From: an uncultured archaeon | GTDB taxonomy: Archaea > Altiarchaeota > Altiarchaeia > IMC4 > SCGC-AAA252-I15 | Length of the DNA stretch: 64,000 nucleotides | Reading direction: 5' to 3' | Assembly (NCBI GenBank): GCA_902384455.1 | Contig: CABMCB010000018.1 | Coordinates: 1 to 64,000, forward strand | In this document: positions 43,594-54,803 of the stretch, piece by piece | Layout: each line of letters starts with the position of its first letter | Position numbering within the stretch: position 1 is the stretch's first letter | Notes under the pieces: model-generated | What the model saw: the letters and a program-made list of their open reading frames with translations, nothing else | What the model was told of the DNA's origin: nothing | The model's database searches: none | Translations under genes and position numbers: made by a program

Positions 43594-45399
43594 TCATGCT
43601 TTGTCTGTTAGGTTCAGTTGCGGGTAAATACACATTCCCATTAGCTCGTTTATGAGCAGCTTAAACGCGTACGCGACTTCCACTGGATACGTCGGAATGT
43701 CGCCGCACTGCGGGCAGTAAATGCGTTTGTTCACGTAATCAACCTCCGCTACTAGGCCGCATTCGCTGCAAATGTGGATTATGACTTTGTCGGACTCGTC
43801 CAAGAGGCGGTCCTTAAGCATCATGCTTGCGCCGTGCCCGATTAAACAGTCTCGCTCCATCTCTCCGAAACGCAAACCACCCTCGCGGGCTCGCCCCTCG
43901 GTCGGCTGACGCGTAAGCATCTGAACCGGACCGCGGCTTCTGGCGTGCATCTTGTTTGCGACCATGTGGTGGAGCTTCTGGTAGTATATGACGCCGATGA
44001 ATATGTCGGCCTCTATTTTCTGGCCGGTTTCGCCGTCGTAGAACGCTTCTTTTCCATTGTGCCTGAAGCCGTGCTTCTCAAGGTCTTCCCTCAGGTCGTC
44101 TTCGCGTTCCCCCTTGAATATGGTGCTGTTGATGAAACGCCCCTCCATGCTGCCGACCTTGCCGCCTATCATCTCTAGGACGTGGCCGACCGTCATACGA
44201 GACGGGATTGCGTGCGGGTTTATTATGAGGTCTGGGACTGTGCCGTCCTTGGTGAAAGGCATGTCTTCATGCGACACTATGAGGCCGACGACTCCTTTTT
44301 GCCCGTGGCGGCTGGCGAATTTGTCTCCCAATTCGGGAACTCGCAGGCTTCTGACTCGGACTTTAGCTAGCTTGTTTTTCTCCAACGTCTCAGTTAGCAC
44401 GACGCAGTCCACAACTCCGGATTCCATGTGGCGGACTGTGGTGGACGTTTCACGGCGCATCTCCTCGATGAGGCCGTAAGGTCCGATTTCCTCTAGGAAG
44501 CGCGGGGGGCTTGTCTTCCCGATTAGGACTCCTCCGCTTCCGACGTAAACTTCGGGCAACGTCAGGCCGTCAGGCTCCAAGTTGCCGTATGTCTCCTCGC
44601 CTTGAACGCCTTCAACGTTTTCGGTGGGAACCTCAAACTTGTCTTTCTGGCCGCTTGGGTACCCGCGCTCTTCGCTCGTGTACGTGCGATAGAATGTGCT
44701 GCGACCTAGGCCGCGCTCTATTGAGCTTTTGTTGAGTATGATGGCGTCCTCCATGTTGTAGCCTTTGTAGCTCATGACCGCCACGACGAAGTTCTGGCCT
44801 GCTGGGCGGTTGTTGTAGTCGAGTACGTCTGTAACGTCGGTCTTGACTAGGGGAGACTGCGGGTAGTGGAGAACGTTTGCCCGGCTGTCGAAGCGCTGGA
44901 AGAAGTTGGACGAATAGAGCCCTAACGTCTGCTTGGACATGGCTGCCGCCATTGTGACTCTGGGGCTGCTGTTGTATTCAGGGTAGGGGGCGAATCCGCT
45001 GCTTACTCCGAGTATGACGCTGGGAGTCACTTCCAGGTGAGTGTGCTCTTCCGTGAGTTTGTCCAAGTAGAGGGATACGTAAGCGTTTTCCTCTTCTTCG
45101 GCGTCCAAGTACTCTATGATTCCCTGCTTGATCAGGTCTTCCCAGAGTATTTTCCCGCTCCTAAGCTCCTTAACCTGTTGCTCAGACAAGAGGGGCTTGC
45201 CGTCTTTGACTACTATGAGGGGGCGAAGCACCCGACCTTTGTCGGTATAAATCTGGACTTCGTTGTTTTCCTCCGAGTAGGTGATTGCAACAGAGTAGTT
45301 TATTTCTCCGCGGCGGCGGAAGTCGCGCAGACGCCCAACCAGCTTCTGAGGCTGACTGTGCTCGCCAATTAATCGGCCGTTAAGGTATACGCCAGTCAT
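43594..45399 (-). CDS. rpoB1: RNA polymerase subunit B'
   Basis: [34 protein letters not shown]-terminal Zn ribbon. Confidence 0.96.
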   Translation of the reverse strand: MTGVYLNGRLIGEHSQPQKLVGRLRDFRRRGEINYSVAITYSEENNEVQIYTDKGRVLRPLIVVKDGKPLLSEQQVKELRSGKILWEDLIKQGIIEYLDAEEEENAYVSLYLDKLTEEHTHLEVTPSVILGVSSGFAPYPEYNSSPRVTMAAAMSKQTLGLYSSNFFQRFDSRANVLHYPQSPLVKTDVTDVLDYNNRPAGQNFVVAVMSYKGYNMEDAIILNKSSIERGLGRSTFYRTYTSEERGYPSGQKDKFEVPTENVEGVQGEETYGNLEPDGLTLPEVYVGSGGVLIGKTSPPRFLEEIGPYGLIEEMRRETSTTVRHMESGVVDCVVLTETLEKNKLAKVRVRSLRVPELGDKFASRHGQKGVVGLIVSHEDMPFTKDGTVPDLIINPHAIPSRMTVGHVLEMIGGKVGSMEGRFINSTIFKGEREDDLREDLEKHGFRHNGKEAFYDGETGQKIEADIFIGVIYYQKLHHMVANKMHARSRGPVQMLTRQPTEGRAREGGLRFGEMERDCLIGHGASMMLKDRLLDESDKVIIHICSECGLVAEVDYVNKRIYCPQCGDIPTYPVEVAYAFKLLINELMGMCIYPQLNLTDKA

Positions 45400-45404
45400 T
45401 TTAG

Positions 45405-46838
45405 TTATACGCCAAATTCGTGAAGGTATTTCTCGACGGCTTTCTCGTCGATTTCAGGTGAAATGACAGAGCCCACTGCTAGGTTCTTTACGAGCCCGCA
45501 GTTCTGCCCTTCAGGAGTCTCGTTGGGGCATATGCGCCCCCACTGCGTCGCGTGAAGGTCTCGAGCTTCGAAGTGCGGGTGACTCCGTGACAGGAGACTT
45601 GATACGCGGCGGCGGTGGGCAATTGACGCCAGGTGGTTGGTTCTGTCCAATACTTGGCTTACCCCGCTTCTTCCGCCGGTCCAGTTTCCTGTCGCAAGAG
45701 CGTAGTTGATTGACTCAGTCAGGTTGTTTGAGCGGACAGCAGTCTTGATGTTGACTTGCCTGTGCCGAGCATGCTGCTTCTCCAGCTGGTACTTGATGTC
45801 GCGGCTGATTTTGTTGAAACTGACTCTGAACAACTCCTGCATGAGGTCTCCGGCAAGGCGCAACCGCTTGTTGCTGTAATGGTCCTTGTCGTCCGGCTCC
45901 CTCTTATCCAAATCAAGGTCTATGACCTTCTGCGCCATAATGGCAAGATACCTCGCCTTGGCCTTCCGGTCATCCTCGGTGTTGCCTATGTGCGGGAGAA
46001 GGAAATTGTTTATGACCTGGTTGGCTCGAGTCGCCTGATACTGCTTGGCGTGGCCTGCGCCGGCCCGCTTACCCAAGTAATCGAATGCTTCCGCGCCCTC
46101 CATGTCCTTTAGTTCAAGGTTGAGTGTGACTTCGAGCTTGGCGTCGTCGTCGAACTGGTCGAGTATCTCGTCGGTGGTCATCCCCAACGCCTTCATTAGT
46201 ATTGTGAGGTTGATTCTGTTGGGTATGCCGGGGAAAGTGACAAACAAGCTTCCGCTTCCTGCGGTCTCCCTTTTTTCCACCGTCACGCGGCTTCTGAAGC
46301 CCTGCCTAACTGAAAAGACCTTTGCCACAACAACGTCTTTCCCGGCTATAGTCTCCTTTGTGGTGACTATTCTGTTGGGAGCAAGGTCCTCGACGATAAT
46401 GAGGCTTCTCTCGGTCCCGTTTATTATGAAGTATCCGCCCAAATCCTCAGGGTCTTCGCCGGATTCGATCAACTCCTGACGAGACAACCCATGAAGCATG
46501 CAGATGTTGGAGTCCAACATTACCGGCAGATAACCCACCTCCACCTCAACGGACTCGCCATTCTGCTTGAACTCCAAAAGAATTGGAGCGCTATAAGTAA
46601 GGTTTCTAAGACGGCACTCAAAAGGCGACCGGGGAACAGGCCCCTCACCGGACTCGTTCACACGGGGACTCCCCACGCGAATCTTGCCCAACTCAAGAGC
46701 ATAATCAGGAATATCAATCTCCAACGCGCCTTTCTCGTCAATGACCTCCTGAAGGCCGCGTTCTATAAGCCAGTTGTAGCTGTCCAGTTGAAAGCGAGTC
46801 AAATCCTCGCGTTTAACGAAATCTTGTATGCTAAGCAC
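45405..46838 (-). CDS. rpoB2: RNA polymerase subunit B''
   Basis: [34 protein letters not shown]. Confidence 0.96.
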   Translation of the reverse strand: MLSIQDFVKREDLTRFQLDSYNWLIERGLQEVIDEKGALEIDIPDYALELGKIRVGSPRVNESGEGPVPRSPFECRLRNLTYSAPILLEFKQNGESVEVEVGYLPVMLDSNICMLHGLSRQELIESGEDPEDLGGYFIINGTERSLIIVEDLAPNRIVTTKETIAGKDVVVAKVFSVRQGFRSRVTVEKRETAGSGSLFVTFPGIPNRINLTILMKALGMTTDEILDQFDDDAKLEVTLNLELKDMEGAEAFDYLGKRAGAGHAKQYQATRANQVINNFLLPHIGNTEDDRKAKARYLAIMAQKVIDLDLDKREPDDKDHYSNKRLRLAGDLMQELFRVSFNKISRDIKYQLEKQHARHRQVNIKTAVRSNNLTESINYALATGNWTGGRSGVSQVLDRTNHLASIAHRRRVSSLLSRSHPHFEARDLHATQWGRICPNETPEGQNCGLVKNLAVGSVISPEIDEKAVEKYLHEFGV

Positions 46839-46849
46839 TTTTTTACCCC

Positions 46850-47068
46850 TTACAATACTACACGATAGTAGAAGCTTTTGCCGACACCCTGAGTGTTGCG
46901 GGAAATGCGAATCAAATCCCCGGACTTAGGTTCAAGGGCGGCTACCGCCGGATCAGTCTTCCTTATTTTAGGAAATTCCTCCGGGGAAGCCGAATACTTA
47001 TCAAAAACCTTTTTGGCTTCTTCAGGAGACAAAATTTCATGTTTCGGCACCAGTACGTTATCAATCAA
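46850..47068 (-). CDS. rpoH: RNA polymerase subunit H (Rpo5)
   Basis: LVPKHEIL, PKI..DPAV, GDLIRISR, YYRVV; TTG start 7 nt after a GGGGGGT RBS. Confidence 0.93.
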   Translation of the reverse strand: MIDNVLVPKHEILSPEEAKKVFDKYSASPEEFPKIRKTDPAVAALEPKSGDLIRISRNTQGVGKSFYYRVVL

Positions 47069-47107
47069 ATTGCATACCCCCCGCTAAGAGAAACAAAGTA
47101 AGCCAAT

Positions 47108-47131
47108 TATTAGTCTTGACTAATATATAAA
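47108..47131 (-). promoter_or_regulatory. TATA box plus adjacent palindrome upstream of the rpo/r-protein superoperon
   Basis: Minus-strand TTTATATA directly next to the palindrome TATTAGTC-TT-GACTAATA. Confidence 0.45.
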
Positions 47132-47255
47132 TGTATTTATTTTAGCAATCTCACGCAAATCGTACCCCGCGCGCCCTCAGCCAGTCGATTAAGACCAAAT
47201 TATCCTTAAAGGAGCTTATTTTATCACGCACCCCCATATAAAAGGCGTTAACTCA

Positions 47256-48554
47256 ATGACGACCATAATACTCGGCGGAGGACTCGCCGGCCTCTCTCTC
47301 GCACACTTCCTAAAAGACGATTCGATAGTGTTGGAGAAAGAGGAGCAGACAGGCGGCTTATGCAGGAGCTTCCAGCTGAACGGCGTGTCCTACGATGTCG
47401 GTCCGCACATTATGTTCTCAAGAAACCACGTGGTTCTTGATGAAATGGTTTCTCTGGTTGAGACAAGCAGAATAAAGAGGTCCAACAAGATTTTTCATAA
47501 AGGCCGTTTGGTGAAGTATCCTTTTGAGAACGATTTGGCTGCGCTTGAGCCGGCGGAGCGCGATTATTGCCTTAAGGAGTTTTTGAGCAACCCTTATGAG
47601 GGTTATGGCGCTGGGAACATGCTCCATTTTTTCCTTAAGACGTTTGGCGAGGGGATTACGAAGCTGTATCTTCAGCCGTATAACGAGAAGATTTGGAAGT
47701 TCGACCCCGCTTTCATGGACACCCAGATGGTTGAGCGCATCCCCAAGCCGCCTAAGGAGGACATCATAAAGTCCGCGCAGGGTGTGGAGACTGAGGGCTA
47801 CGTTCATCAGCTTTACTTTCATTATCCGAAAAAGGGGGGGATACAATGCCTCGTTGATGCGTACAGGAATCTCGCTTCTAAGAAGGCGAAGATAGTCAGT
47901 TCCGTGAATATTCGCAAGATAGGGAAGGATAAGGGCGGTTGGATTGTTGAGACGGACAAGGGACGTTTCAGCGGGAAAACACTAATCAACTGCATGCCGC
48001 TGCACGAACTATTCCAGTACATTGAAGCGCCCGACGAGATAAGGAACACCCTTAATGAACTGAAATACAACTCCCTCTACACGATAACTGTGCAATCCAA
48101 GAAAGACAACGCCGGCGACAACTTCGCGCTCAACTTCGCAGACAAAAACGTCGTATTCCACAGGATTTCAAAGCTGAATTTCCTCGGGAAAAACTACTGC
48201 CTGCCAAAAGGCGGCTCCACAATAATTGCGGAAATAACATACCGACCCGAAAGCTACCTGGCAGGATTCACCGACGAGGAAATTAAGCAGAAGGTGCTGG
48301 ACGACCTTGAGGCCTTGAAGTTGGTGAAGAAAACGGACGTCACTGCGGTAGAGCTTAGGAAGTTCAAGTACGCATACGTTATATACGATTTAAGCCACAG
48401 GAAAAACGCTGCCAAAGTACTGCAATACCTAAAGGGTATTGGCATACGGTGCTGCGGCAGATTTGCCGAATTCGAGTATCTTAACATGGACCAGACGATA
48501 GAGCACAGCCATAATTTGGCCGACGAATTCAACGGGGTGTCTCATGGCGGATAA
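47256..48554 (+). CDS. FAD-dependent oxidoreductase (UDP-galactopyranose mutase / HemY-like)
   Basis: GGGLAGL, GGLCRS, DVGPH, PYNEKIW, GRFAEFEYLNMD; lies in a sugar operon. Confidence 0.8.
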   Translation: MTTIILGGGLAGLSLAHFLKDDSIVLEKEEQTGGLCRSFQLNGVSYDVGPHIMFSRNHVVLDEMVSLVETSRIKRSNKIFHKGRLVKYPFENDLAALEPAERDYCLKEFLSNPYEGYGAGNMLHFFLKTFGEGITKLYLQPYNEKIWKFDPAFMDTQMVERIPKPPKEDIIKSAQGVETEGYVHQLYFHYPKKGGIQCLVDAYRNLASKKAKIVSSVNIRKIGKDKGGWIVETDKGRFSGKTLINCMPLHELFQYIEAPDEIRNTLNELKYNSLYTITVQSKKDNAGDNFALNFADKNVVFHRISKLNFLGKNYCLPKGGSTIIAEITYRPESYLAGFTDEEIKQKVLDDLEALKLVKKTDVTAVELRKFKYAYVIYDLSHRKNAAKVLQYLKGIGIRCCGRFAEFEYLNMDQTIEHSHNLADEFNGVSHGG

Positions 48555-49242
48555 AATCACGGTTTCTGTTGTTATGCCGAGTTTTAACGAGGAGGAGGCT
48601 ATTGGGCGGATGATTGAGAGCATCAGGGAGAACACTAAGGATTTTGAGACGGAGATTTTGCTTGTGGATTCCAGCAAGGATAGGACTCCTGAAATCGCAA
48701 GGCAGATGGGCGCCAAAGTTATCGTCCAGCCGCCTCAGGGCCATGGAGTGGCGTTGAGGACTGCCATATCCAGTGCTTCAAACGACGTTATTATCACATC
48801 GGACTGCGACAACACTTATCCTATGGAGTACATCCCCAAACTGGTTGATTTAGCGGTTAATGAGGGGTACGACGTGGTTTCCTGCAACAGGCTGACTAAG
48901 GAATTGGGGAAGCAGATGCCTTTCACAAACAAAGTAGGGAACACCTTGTTTGCGACGTTAGTCCGAGTTCTGTATGGAGTGAAAGTTCACGACGTAAGCA
49001 CCGGAATGTTCTGCCTGCGCCGCGACGCAGTAAATAAGATGACGTGGGAAACCAACTACTCTTTCCCGTGCGAGCTGATACTAAAGTCTGCGCGCGCAGG
49101 ACTCAAACACAAGGAAATAGACATCCCGTATAGGATAAGAATCGGCGAAGTCACCCTGAACAAGTGGAGAAGCGGGAAAGCTTACATCCTGTGCATTTTC
49201 AAATATAGGTTTAATCTCCCCATTAATCCCAAGAAGCTTTAA
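48544..49242 (+). CDS. Family 2 glycosyltransferase (DPM1-like)
   Basis: SVVMPSFNEE, DCD motif, DVSTG. Confidence 0.9.
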   Translation: MADKITVSVVMPSFNEEEAIGRMIESIRENTKDFETEILLVDSSKDRTPEIARQMGAKVIVQPPQGHGVALRTAISSASNDVIITSDCDNTYPMEYIPKLVDLAVNEGYDVVSCNRLTKELGKQMPFTNKVGNTLFATLVRVLYGVKVHDVSTGMFCLRRDAVNKMTWETNYSFPCELILKSARAGLKHKEIDIPYRIRIGEVTLNKWRSGKAYILCIFKYRFNLPINPKKL

Positions 49243-49252
49243 AGAGTATACC

Positions 49253-50197
49253 ATGAAAATCCTGGTGACTGGGGGCGCGGGTTTTGTGGGAAGCCACCTT
49301 ACGGAGCATCTGCTTAAACTGGGCCACAACGTCGTTGCAGTCGACGACCTAAGCCTGGGAACCCTTGAGAACATACGTGGATTCGAAAAAAACCCGAGGT
49401 TCACTTTCATTAAGCTAAACCTTCTTGCCAAAAAACGCACAGAAGAACTTTTCAAAAAAAACAAATTCGACTGCGTATTCCACCTGGCCGCAAACTCCGA
49501 CATACAAAAAAGCAGGCTTTACCCCAGCATCGACCTCAAGAAGACTTTCATGACGACGTACAACGTGCTGGAGTGCATGAGGTCTGCGGGGGTTGAGCAA
49601 ATCGTTTTCACGTCCAGCTCCGCGATATACGGGGAGACCGACCAGCGAATACACGAAGATTTAGGCCCTCTTCTGCCCACGTCCTTTTACGGGGCGGCGA
49701 AACTAAGCTCTGAAGGATTCATCAGCGCGTTCTGCGTTAACTACGGCATAAAGGCGTGGATACTCAGGTTCCCAAACGTTGTGGGAGAGCGGGCTACTCA
49801 CGGCGTAGTCTACGACTTCGTCCGGAAGCTGAAGAAGAACCCGAAAGAACTTGAGATACTAGGAGACGGCAAACAGGAGAAACCCTACGCATACGTCAAA
49901 GACATCGTCGAAGGAATCATATACGCATGGAAACACTCCAACGACGACATCAACATCTTCAACCTTGGCACGCAAACCACCACCACAGTAACCAAAATAG
50001 CCCAAACACTCGTAACGGAAATGAACCTGAAAAACGTGAAGTTCAAGTACACCGGAGGAGACAGAGGATGGACCGGCGACGTGCCAAAATACCAATACGA
50101 CCTAACCAAAATCCACAAACTAGGCTGGAAAGCCAAACATAACTCCGACCAAGCAGTACGCACCGCAATAAAAGCCATCCTCAAAAACGGAAGATAA
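49253..50197 (+). CDS. NAD-dependent nucleotide-sugar epimerase/dehydratase
   Basis: TGGAGFVGS, HLAA, SSSAIYG, YGAAK. Confidence 0.92.
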   Translation: MKILVTGGAGFVGSHLTEHLLKLGHNVVAVDDLSLGTLENIRGFEKNPRFTFIKLNLLAKKRTEELFKKNKFDCVFHLAANSDIQKSRLYPSIDLKKTFMTTYNVLECMRSAGVEQIVFTSSSAIYGETDQRIHEDLGPLLPTSFYGAAKLSSEGFISAFCVNYGIKAWILRFPNVVGERATHGVVYDFVRKLKKNPKELEILGDGKQEKPYAYVKDIVEGIIYAWKHSNDDINIFNLGTQTTTTVTKIAQTLVTEMNLKNVKFKYTGGDRGWTGDVPKYQYDLTKIHKLGWKAKHNSDQAVRTAIKAILKNGR

Positions 50198-50202
50198 AAA
50201 CA

Positions 50203-51498
50203 ATGAAGGCCGTAATACTTGCGGGAGGGAAGGGAACGCGCCTGGGGGAACTAACCCGCAACGTACCCAAGCCGATGGTTAAAATAGGCGAAAAAACCCT
50301 TCTTGAACACAACATAAACCTCCTTACGAGGTACGGCATCAAAGACGAAATCATAATAACCACAGGCCACCTCGCAGACGCCATCGAAGACCACTTCAAA
50401 GACGGAAAAGAATACGGCGTATCAATAACTTACTACCGCGAGGAAACGCCGCTTGGGACGACAGGCGCACTCAAGGAACTTGAAGGCAAACTCACCCACG
50501 ACTTTCTGGTGCTCTCAGGAGACGTCCTGACGAACATGGACCTCAAACGGCTCATCGAATACCACAAGAAGAAAAAAGCCACCGCAACCCTTGTCCTGCA
50601 CCCAAACGACCACCCCTACGACAGCGACCTTGCGGAAATCGACGACGAAGGCAGAATCACCGCATTCATACCCAAACCCCACGACGACGGCAGACTCCAC
50701 AAGAACCTCGTGAACGCAGGACTCTACGTTCTGTCGCCCAACGCGCTTGGGCATATTCACCGCGGTAAAGGCGACTTTGGGAAAGACCTATTCCCCCGCC
50801 TAATCAAAACCGAACCAATATACGGCTACGTCACCACCGAATACATTAAGGACGCCGGAACGCCACAACGCCTTGAAGAAGTCACTGCGGCGTACGTAAG
50901 CGGAAAATCCGAGCGACGAAACCTGGAGCACAAGCAGAAGGCGATTTTCCTGGATCGAGACGGCGTAATCAACAAGGAAATAAACCTGCTCCACCGCAAA
51001 GAAGACTTTGAGCTTCTGCCCGGCTCGGCCGAAGCAATAAAGAAAATCAACCAATCAGACTACCTCGCCATCGTGGCGACTAACCAGCCGGTTGTGGCCA
51101 GAAACCTGTGCAGCATCGAGGACGTGAAGGGGATACACATGAAGATGGAGACGCTTCTTGGGGAAAAAGGCGCCTACGTTGACGCCGTATATTTCTGCCC
51201 GCACCACCCCGACAAAGGATACCCGGAAGAGAACCCGGCATACAAGATTGAGTGCTCATGCAGGAAGCCTAAGACCGGGATGATTGACGAAGCGGTTGCG
51301 GCATACAACATAGACCGCCATGAGTCATACATCATAGGAGACTCCCAACGCGACGTTCAATGCGGGAAAAACGCGGGACTCACCGCAATAGGCATAAGAA
51401 ACGCGTCATCAAGCCAACCCGTCAAAGAAGCGGACCACGTCTTCGAAAGCCTTAATGACGCCGTAGACTTCATCCTCGACAAAAAAAAACAAAGCTAA
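50203..51498 (+). CDS. Fused sugar-phosphate nucleotidyltransferase (HddC-like) and HAD-IIIA phosphatase (GmhB-like)
   Basis: N-terminal LAGGKGTRL..PKPM; C-terminal FLDRDGVIN, TNQP, CPHHP, CRKP, IGDS. Confidence 0.9.
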   Translation: MKAVILAGGKGTRLGELTRNVPKPMVKIGEKTLLEHNINLLTRYGIKDEIIITTGHLADAIEDHFKDGKEYGVSITYYREETPLGTTGALKELEGKLTHDFLVLSGDVLTNMDLKRLIEYHKKKKATATLVLHPNDHPYDSDLAEIDDEGRITAFIPKPHDDGRLHKNLVNAGLYVLSPNALGHIHRGKGDFGKDLFPRLIKTEPIYGYVTTEYIKDAGTPQRLEEVTAAYVSGKSERRNLEHKQKAIFLDRDGVINKEINLLHRKEDFELLPGSAEAIKKINQSDYLAIVATNQPVVARNLCSIEDVKGIHMKMETLLGEKGAYVDAVYFCPHHPDKGYPEENPAYKIECSCRKPKTGMIDEAVAAYNIDRHESYIIGDSQRDVQCGKNAGLTAIGIRNASSSQPVKEADHVFESLNDAVDFILDKKKQS

Positions 51499-51533
51499 GC
51501 TGATATAAACAGAAAACAAATAGACGACCGCCA

Positions 51534-52523
51534 ATGATAATCACAAAAACGCCCTTCCGCGTCAGCTTCGTCGGAGGAGGCTCCGACGTAAAAGAATTCT
51601 ACGAACAAAGCCCCGGAGCGGTACTATCCACCACCATAAACAAATACATGTACATAAGCTCCCACCGCTTCTTCGACGTAGACAAAATACGAGTCAAATA
51701 CTCCAAAACAGAAACCGCATCAAACGTAAACGAAATAGAACACCCCATAGTACGAGAAGTACTCAAAAAATTCAAGATAGAAGGCGCAATAGAAATAAGC
51801 TCAAACGCCGACGTACCCGCAGGAACAGGACTCGGCTCATCCTCATCATTCACCGTAGGCCTGCTGCACAACCTATACGCACGCCAAGGCAAACACACCA
51901 CAAAAGAAAAACTCGCAGAAGAAGCATGCGACATAGAAATAAGCCGCCTAAAGGAACCAATCGGCAAACAAGACCAGTACGCCGCCGCCTTCGGCGGACT
52001 CAACGTCCTCACATTCAGCCCGACCGGCAAAGTCGCAGTCGAACCCATCCACTTAAAAAAAGACACGTTCGAAGAGCTCCAGAAAAACCTCCTCATGTTC
52101 TACACCGGCGACCAAAGAAAAACTTCCGCCATACTTGAAGAGCAAAAGAAGAACATGCAGTCCGAAGACAAAGTAGAAACGCTCAAGAAAATGGTGGCGC
52201 TCGTAGGGGAACTCAGAAACGCACTATACAACGGAGACCTCAACGAATTCGGACAACTACTCAACCAAAACTGGACGCTAAAACAAAAACTCGCCTCCAA
52301 AATAACCAACCCACAAATAAACGCCCACTACGAAAAAGCCCTCAAAAACGGCGCACTAGGCGGAAAACTACTGGGAGCAGGCGGAGGAGGATTCTTACTC
52401 TTCTACTGCGAAGAAGGAAAACAAGACAAACTAAGAAACGCCCTCACCCCACTAAGAGAACTCACATTCAAATTCGACACAGAAGGAAGCAAAGTAATCT
52501 ACGTAGGTGACGAATATGACTGA
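51534..52523 (+). CDS. hddA: D-glycero-alpha-D-manno-heptose 7-phosphate kinase (GHMP family)
   Basis: PFRVSFVGGGSD, PAGTGLGSSS, GKQDQY, GGKLLGAGGGG. Confidence 0.88.
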   Translation: MIITKTPFRVSFVGGGSDVKEFYEQSPGAVLSTTINKYMYISSHRFFDVDKIRVKYSKTETASNVNEIEHPIVREVLKKFKIEGAIEISSNADVPAGTGLGSSSSFTVGLLHNLYARQGKHTTKEKLAEEACDIEISRLKEPIGKQDQYAAAFGGLNVLTFSPTGKVAVEPIHLKKDTFEELQKNLLMFYTGDQRKTSAILEEQKKNMQSEDKVETLKKMVALVGELRNALYNGDLNEFGQLLNQNWTLKQKLASKITNPQINAHYEKALKNGALGGKLLGAGGGGFLLFYCEEGKQDKLRNALTPLRELTFKFDTEGSKVIYVGDEYD

Positions 52524-53094
52524 CCCAGAAAAAGAAGCAGACAAATACCTCAAAAAAGTAGCCGACACCATAAACAAAATCGACCGCAAAAAAATAGCCC
52601 AACTAACAGACCTAATGCTCACAACATACCAAAAAAACGGCACAATCTACATATTCGGAAACGGCGGCTCAGCAGCAAACGCAAGCCACATGACAGGCGA
52701 CATAATCAAAGACTACTCATACGGCCGAAAAAAACGGTTCAAAGCCATCTGCTTAAGCGACAACACCCCCGCTTTGATGGCTTACGCCAACGACGTCTCG
52801 TATGAGGACGTGTTCGTGGAGCAGCTTAAGAATTTTCTGGATAAAGACGACTTGGTGATAGGCATCTCAGGCAGCGGAAACAGCATGAACGTCGTAAAGG
52901 CGCTGCTTTACGCCAAAGAGAAAGGGGCGAAAACAGTGGCCTTCTGCGGGTTTGACGGCGGAAAAATAAGGGGAATCGCAGACCTCGCCCTGCACGCTGA
53001 AATCAATGACATGGAAGTGTCTGAGGACGTGCACCTAGCCCTCGCCCACTGCGCAAAGCGAATTATCTCAAAGAAAATTCCGCCGGAAAAATAA
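52516..53094 (+). CDS. gmhA: SIS-domain phosphoheptose isomerase
   Basis: FGNGGSAA, AYAND, ISGSGNS; AGGTGA RBS before ATG 52516. Confidence 0.82.
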   Translation: MTDPEKEADKYLKKVADTINKIDRKKIAQLTDLMLTTYQKNGTIYIFGNGGSAANASHMTGDIIKDYSYGRKKRFKAICLSDNTPALMAYANDVSYEDVFVEQLKNFLDKDDLVIGISGSGNSMNVVKALLYAKEKGAKTVAFCGFDGGKIRGIADLALHAEINDMEVSEDVHLALAHCAKRIISKKIPPEK

Positions 53095-53109
53095 CTCCTT
53101 CCAGTCCGA

Positions 53110-54021
53110 CTAACTTTGTAGGTACACCCACTTGAGCACGTCAGTTGACGTGACAATGCCCAGAACATTCTCTTCCTCCACTACGGGAAACCCGCCGAAA
53201 CCTGTCTCGTGAATCAAACGCGGCACAACAGACAAATCATCGTCAGGACTAACCGTAACAGGCTCAGACATGACCTCGCTGACGCGCGTAGACAAATTCT
53301 CCTCCGCGTTCACTCCCCTGAAATTACCCTTCTCAAGAAACTTCAGGACGTCAAAGACCGTCACAATGCCCGTCAGACGGCACTCCTGGATAACAGGAAG
53401 CCGCCTTAAACCATTTCTCACCATAACGCGGCTGACGTCAGACAACATCATTCCGGGAGTGGCCTCAATCAGCTTTGTGTTCATCACATCACCTACGGTA
53501 ACGCCAAAGTCCTCGCCGGAAGGCAAAATGTCGCGCTCAGTCACAATCGCCTCAACCCTCATGCTCTCAACGCTGTCAACCACAGGCAAACAACTGGTAT
53601 GCTTAGTGACAATAAAACGGATGACGTCCGAAACAGACTCCTTCCTCGTGACAAAACTCGCCTCAGACATAATCTTAGTAATAGGCGCATTAATCGCAGA
53701 AAGAAAATTCCCCCTATAATCCTCCTCAATAATCCTATACTTAGGCCCACCACCCAAGAAATCCAAAATACTAATCGCAGTAACAAGACCCAAAAGACGA
53801 TTAGTACCCGCATCAGTAACAGGCAACCGCCTAAAATCATGCTGACGCATAAGACGCGCAGACTCCAAAACAGACGAAGTAGGCCTTACCGAAACAACCT
53901 TCGTCTCGGCAACCTTCAGCACGTCGCTCTCCTTAATGTGCTTGTGGTGCGCTTTGGCCTCGTGAGCCCCCCGGTCAACCTTGCTCCTGTTGTCTGAAAA
54001 AGACGTTGGATTAGACTTCAT
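53110..54021 (-). CDS. Four-CBS-domain protein
   Basis: FRRLPV, DFLGGG, IVTERD, LRRLPV, GGFPVV. Confidence 0.88.
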   Translation of the reverse strand: MKSNPTSFSDNRSKVDRGAHEAKAHHKHIKESDVLKVAETKVVSVRPTSSVLESARLMRQHDFRRLPVTDAGTNRLLGLVTAISILDFLGGGPKYRIIEEDYRGNFLSAINAPITKIMSEASFVTRKESVSDVIRFIVTKHTSCLPVVDSVESMRVEAIVTERDILPSGEDFGVTVGDVMNTKLIEATPGMMLSDVSRVMVRNGLRRLPVIQECRLTGIVTVFDVLKFLEKGNFRGVNAEENLSTRVSEVMSEPVTVSPDDDLSVVPRLIHETGFGGFPVVEEENVLGIVTSTDVLKWVYLQS

Positions 54022-54041
54022 TTTGAAAATGAAAACACCCC

Positions 54042-54803
54042 TTACTTCTTGCTGTGAACCAACTCGCAAAGCTTGCGAGTCATCGCTGTCACATCATCAG
54101 CCTGAAACACGTTCCTGCCAATGCTAACGCCGGCAGCACCGGAATCCATAGCATCGCGAATCATCTGGAACAAAGCCTCGTCGCTGTCCACCTTAGGACC
54201 CCCCGCAATCACCACGGGAGCAGGACAACCCTCGACAACCTCCCTAAACGACTTCTTGTCGCCAGTATAAGGGCACTTAATGATGTCAGCGCCCAACTCA
54301 GCGCCCAAACGAGCCACATGCTTAACATACTTCACGTCAGTCTCACTCTTAACGTTGCGGCCGCGCGGGTACATCATTGCGATAAGAGGCATGCCGTATT
54401 CAGCGCAGTCCTCAGCAACCCTCCCCAAATCAAAGAGCATCTGGCTTTCGTTGTCTGCGCCAACGTTAATGTGAACGCTCACAGCGTCAGCCCCAAGCCG
54501 AACAGCCTCCTTGACGGTGCTCGCTAAAACCTTAGTGTTAGGGTCAGGACCGATGCTAGAACCAGCCGAAAGATGAATGATAAGACCAATGTCGTGGCCG
54601 TAGCCGCGGTGCCCATACTGCACCATGCCCTTATGCACTAGGACGGCATTAGCGCCCCCCTCCGCTATCTTGTTGATTGTCGCCGGAAGGTCCTCAAGAC
54701 CCCTGATGGGGCCGACTGTTACTCCGTGGTCCAAAGGCACAATAACGGTTTTCCCGCTCTTGCGGTCGATTATGCGCTCAAGGCGGACTTTCTTGCCAAT
54801 CAT
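54042..54803 (-). CDS. 2-amino-3,7-dideoxy-D-threo-hept-6-ulosonate synthase / class I fructose-bisphosphate aldolase (DhnA family)
   Basis: [30 protein letters not shown] (Schiff-base Lys), IAGG, GRNVFQ. Start at ATG 54803. Confidence 0.88.
   Translation of the reverse strand: MIGKKVRLERIIDRKSGKTVIVPLDHGVTVGPIRGLEDLPATINKIAEGGANAVLVHKGMVQYGHRGYGHDIGLIIHLSAGSSIGPDPNTKVLASTVKEAVRLGADAVSVHINVGADNESQMLFDLGRVAEDCAEYGMPLIAMMYPRGRNVKSETDVKYVKHVARLGAELGADIIKCPYTGDKKSFREVVEGCPAPVVIAGGPKVDSDEALFQMIRDAMDSGAAGVSIGRNVFQADDVTAMTRKLCELVHSKK

Noticed and set aside
47060-47080. Possible frameshift at the rpoH start (ATG CAA TTT GAT TGA)
   Set aside because: The in-frame TTG is well spaced from the GGGGGGT RBS and gives a complete protein, so no frameshift is needed.
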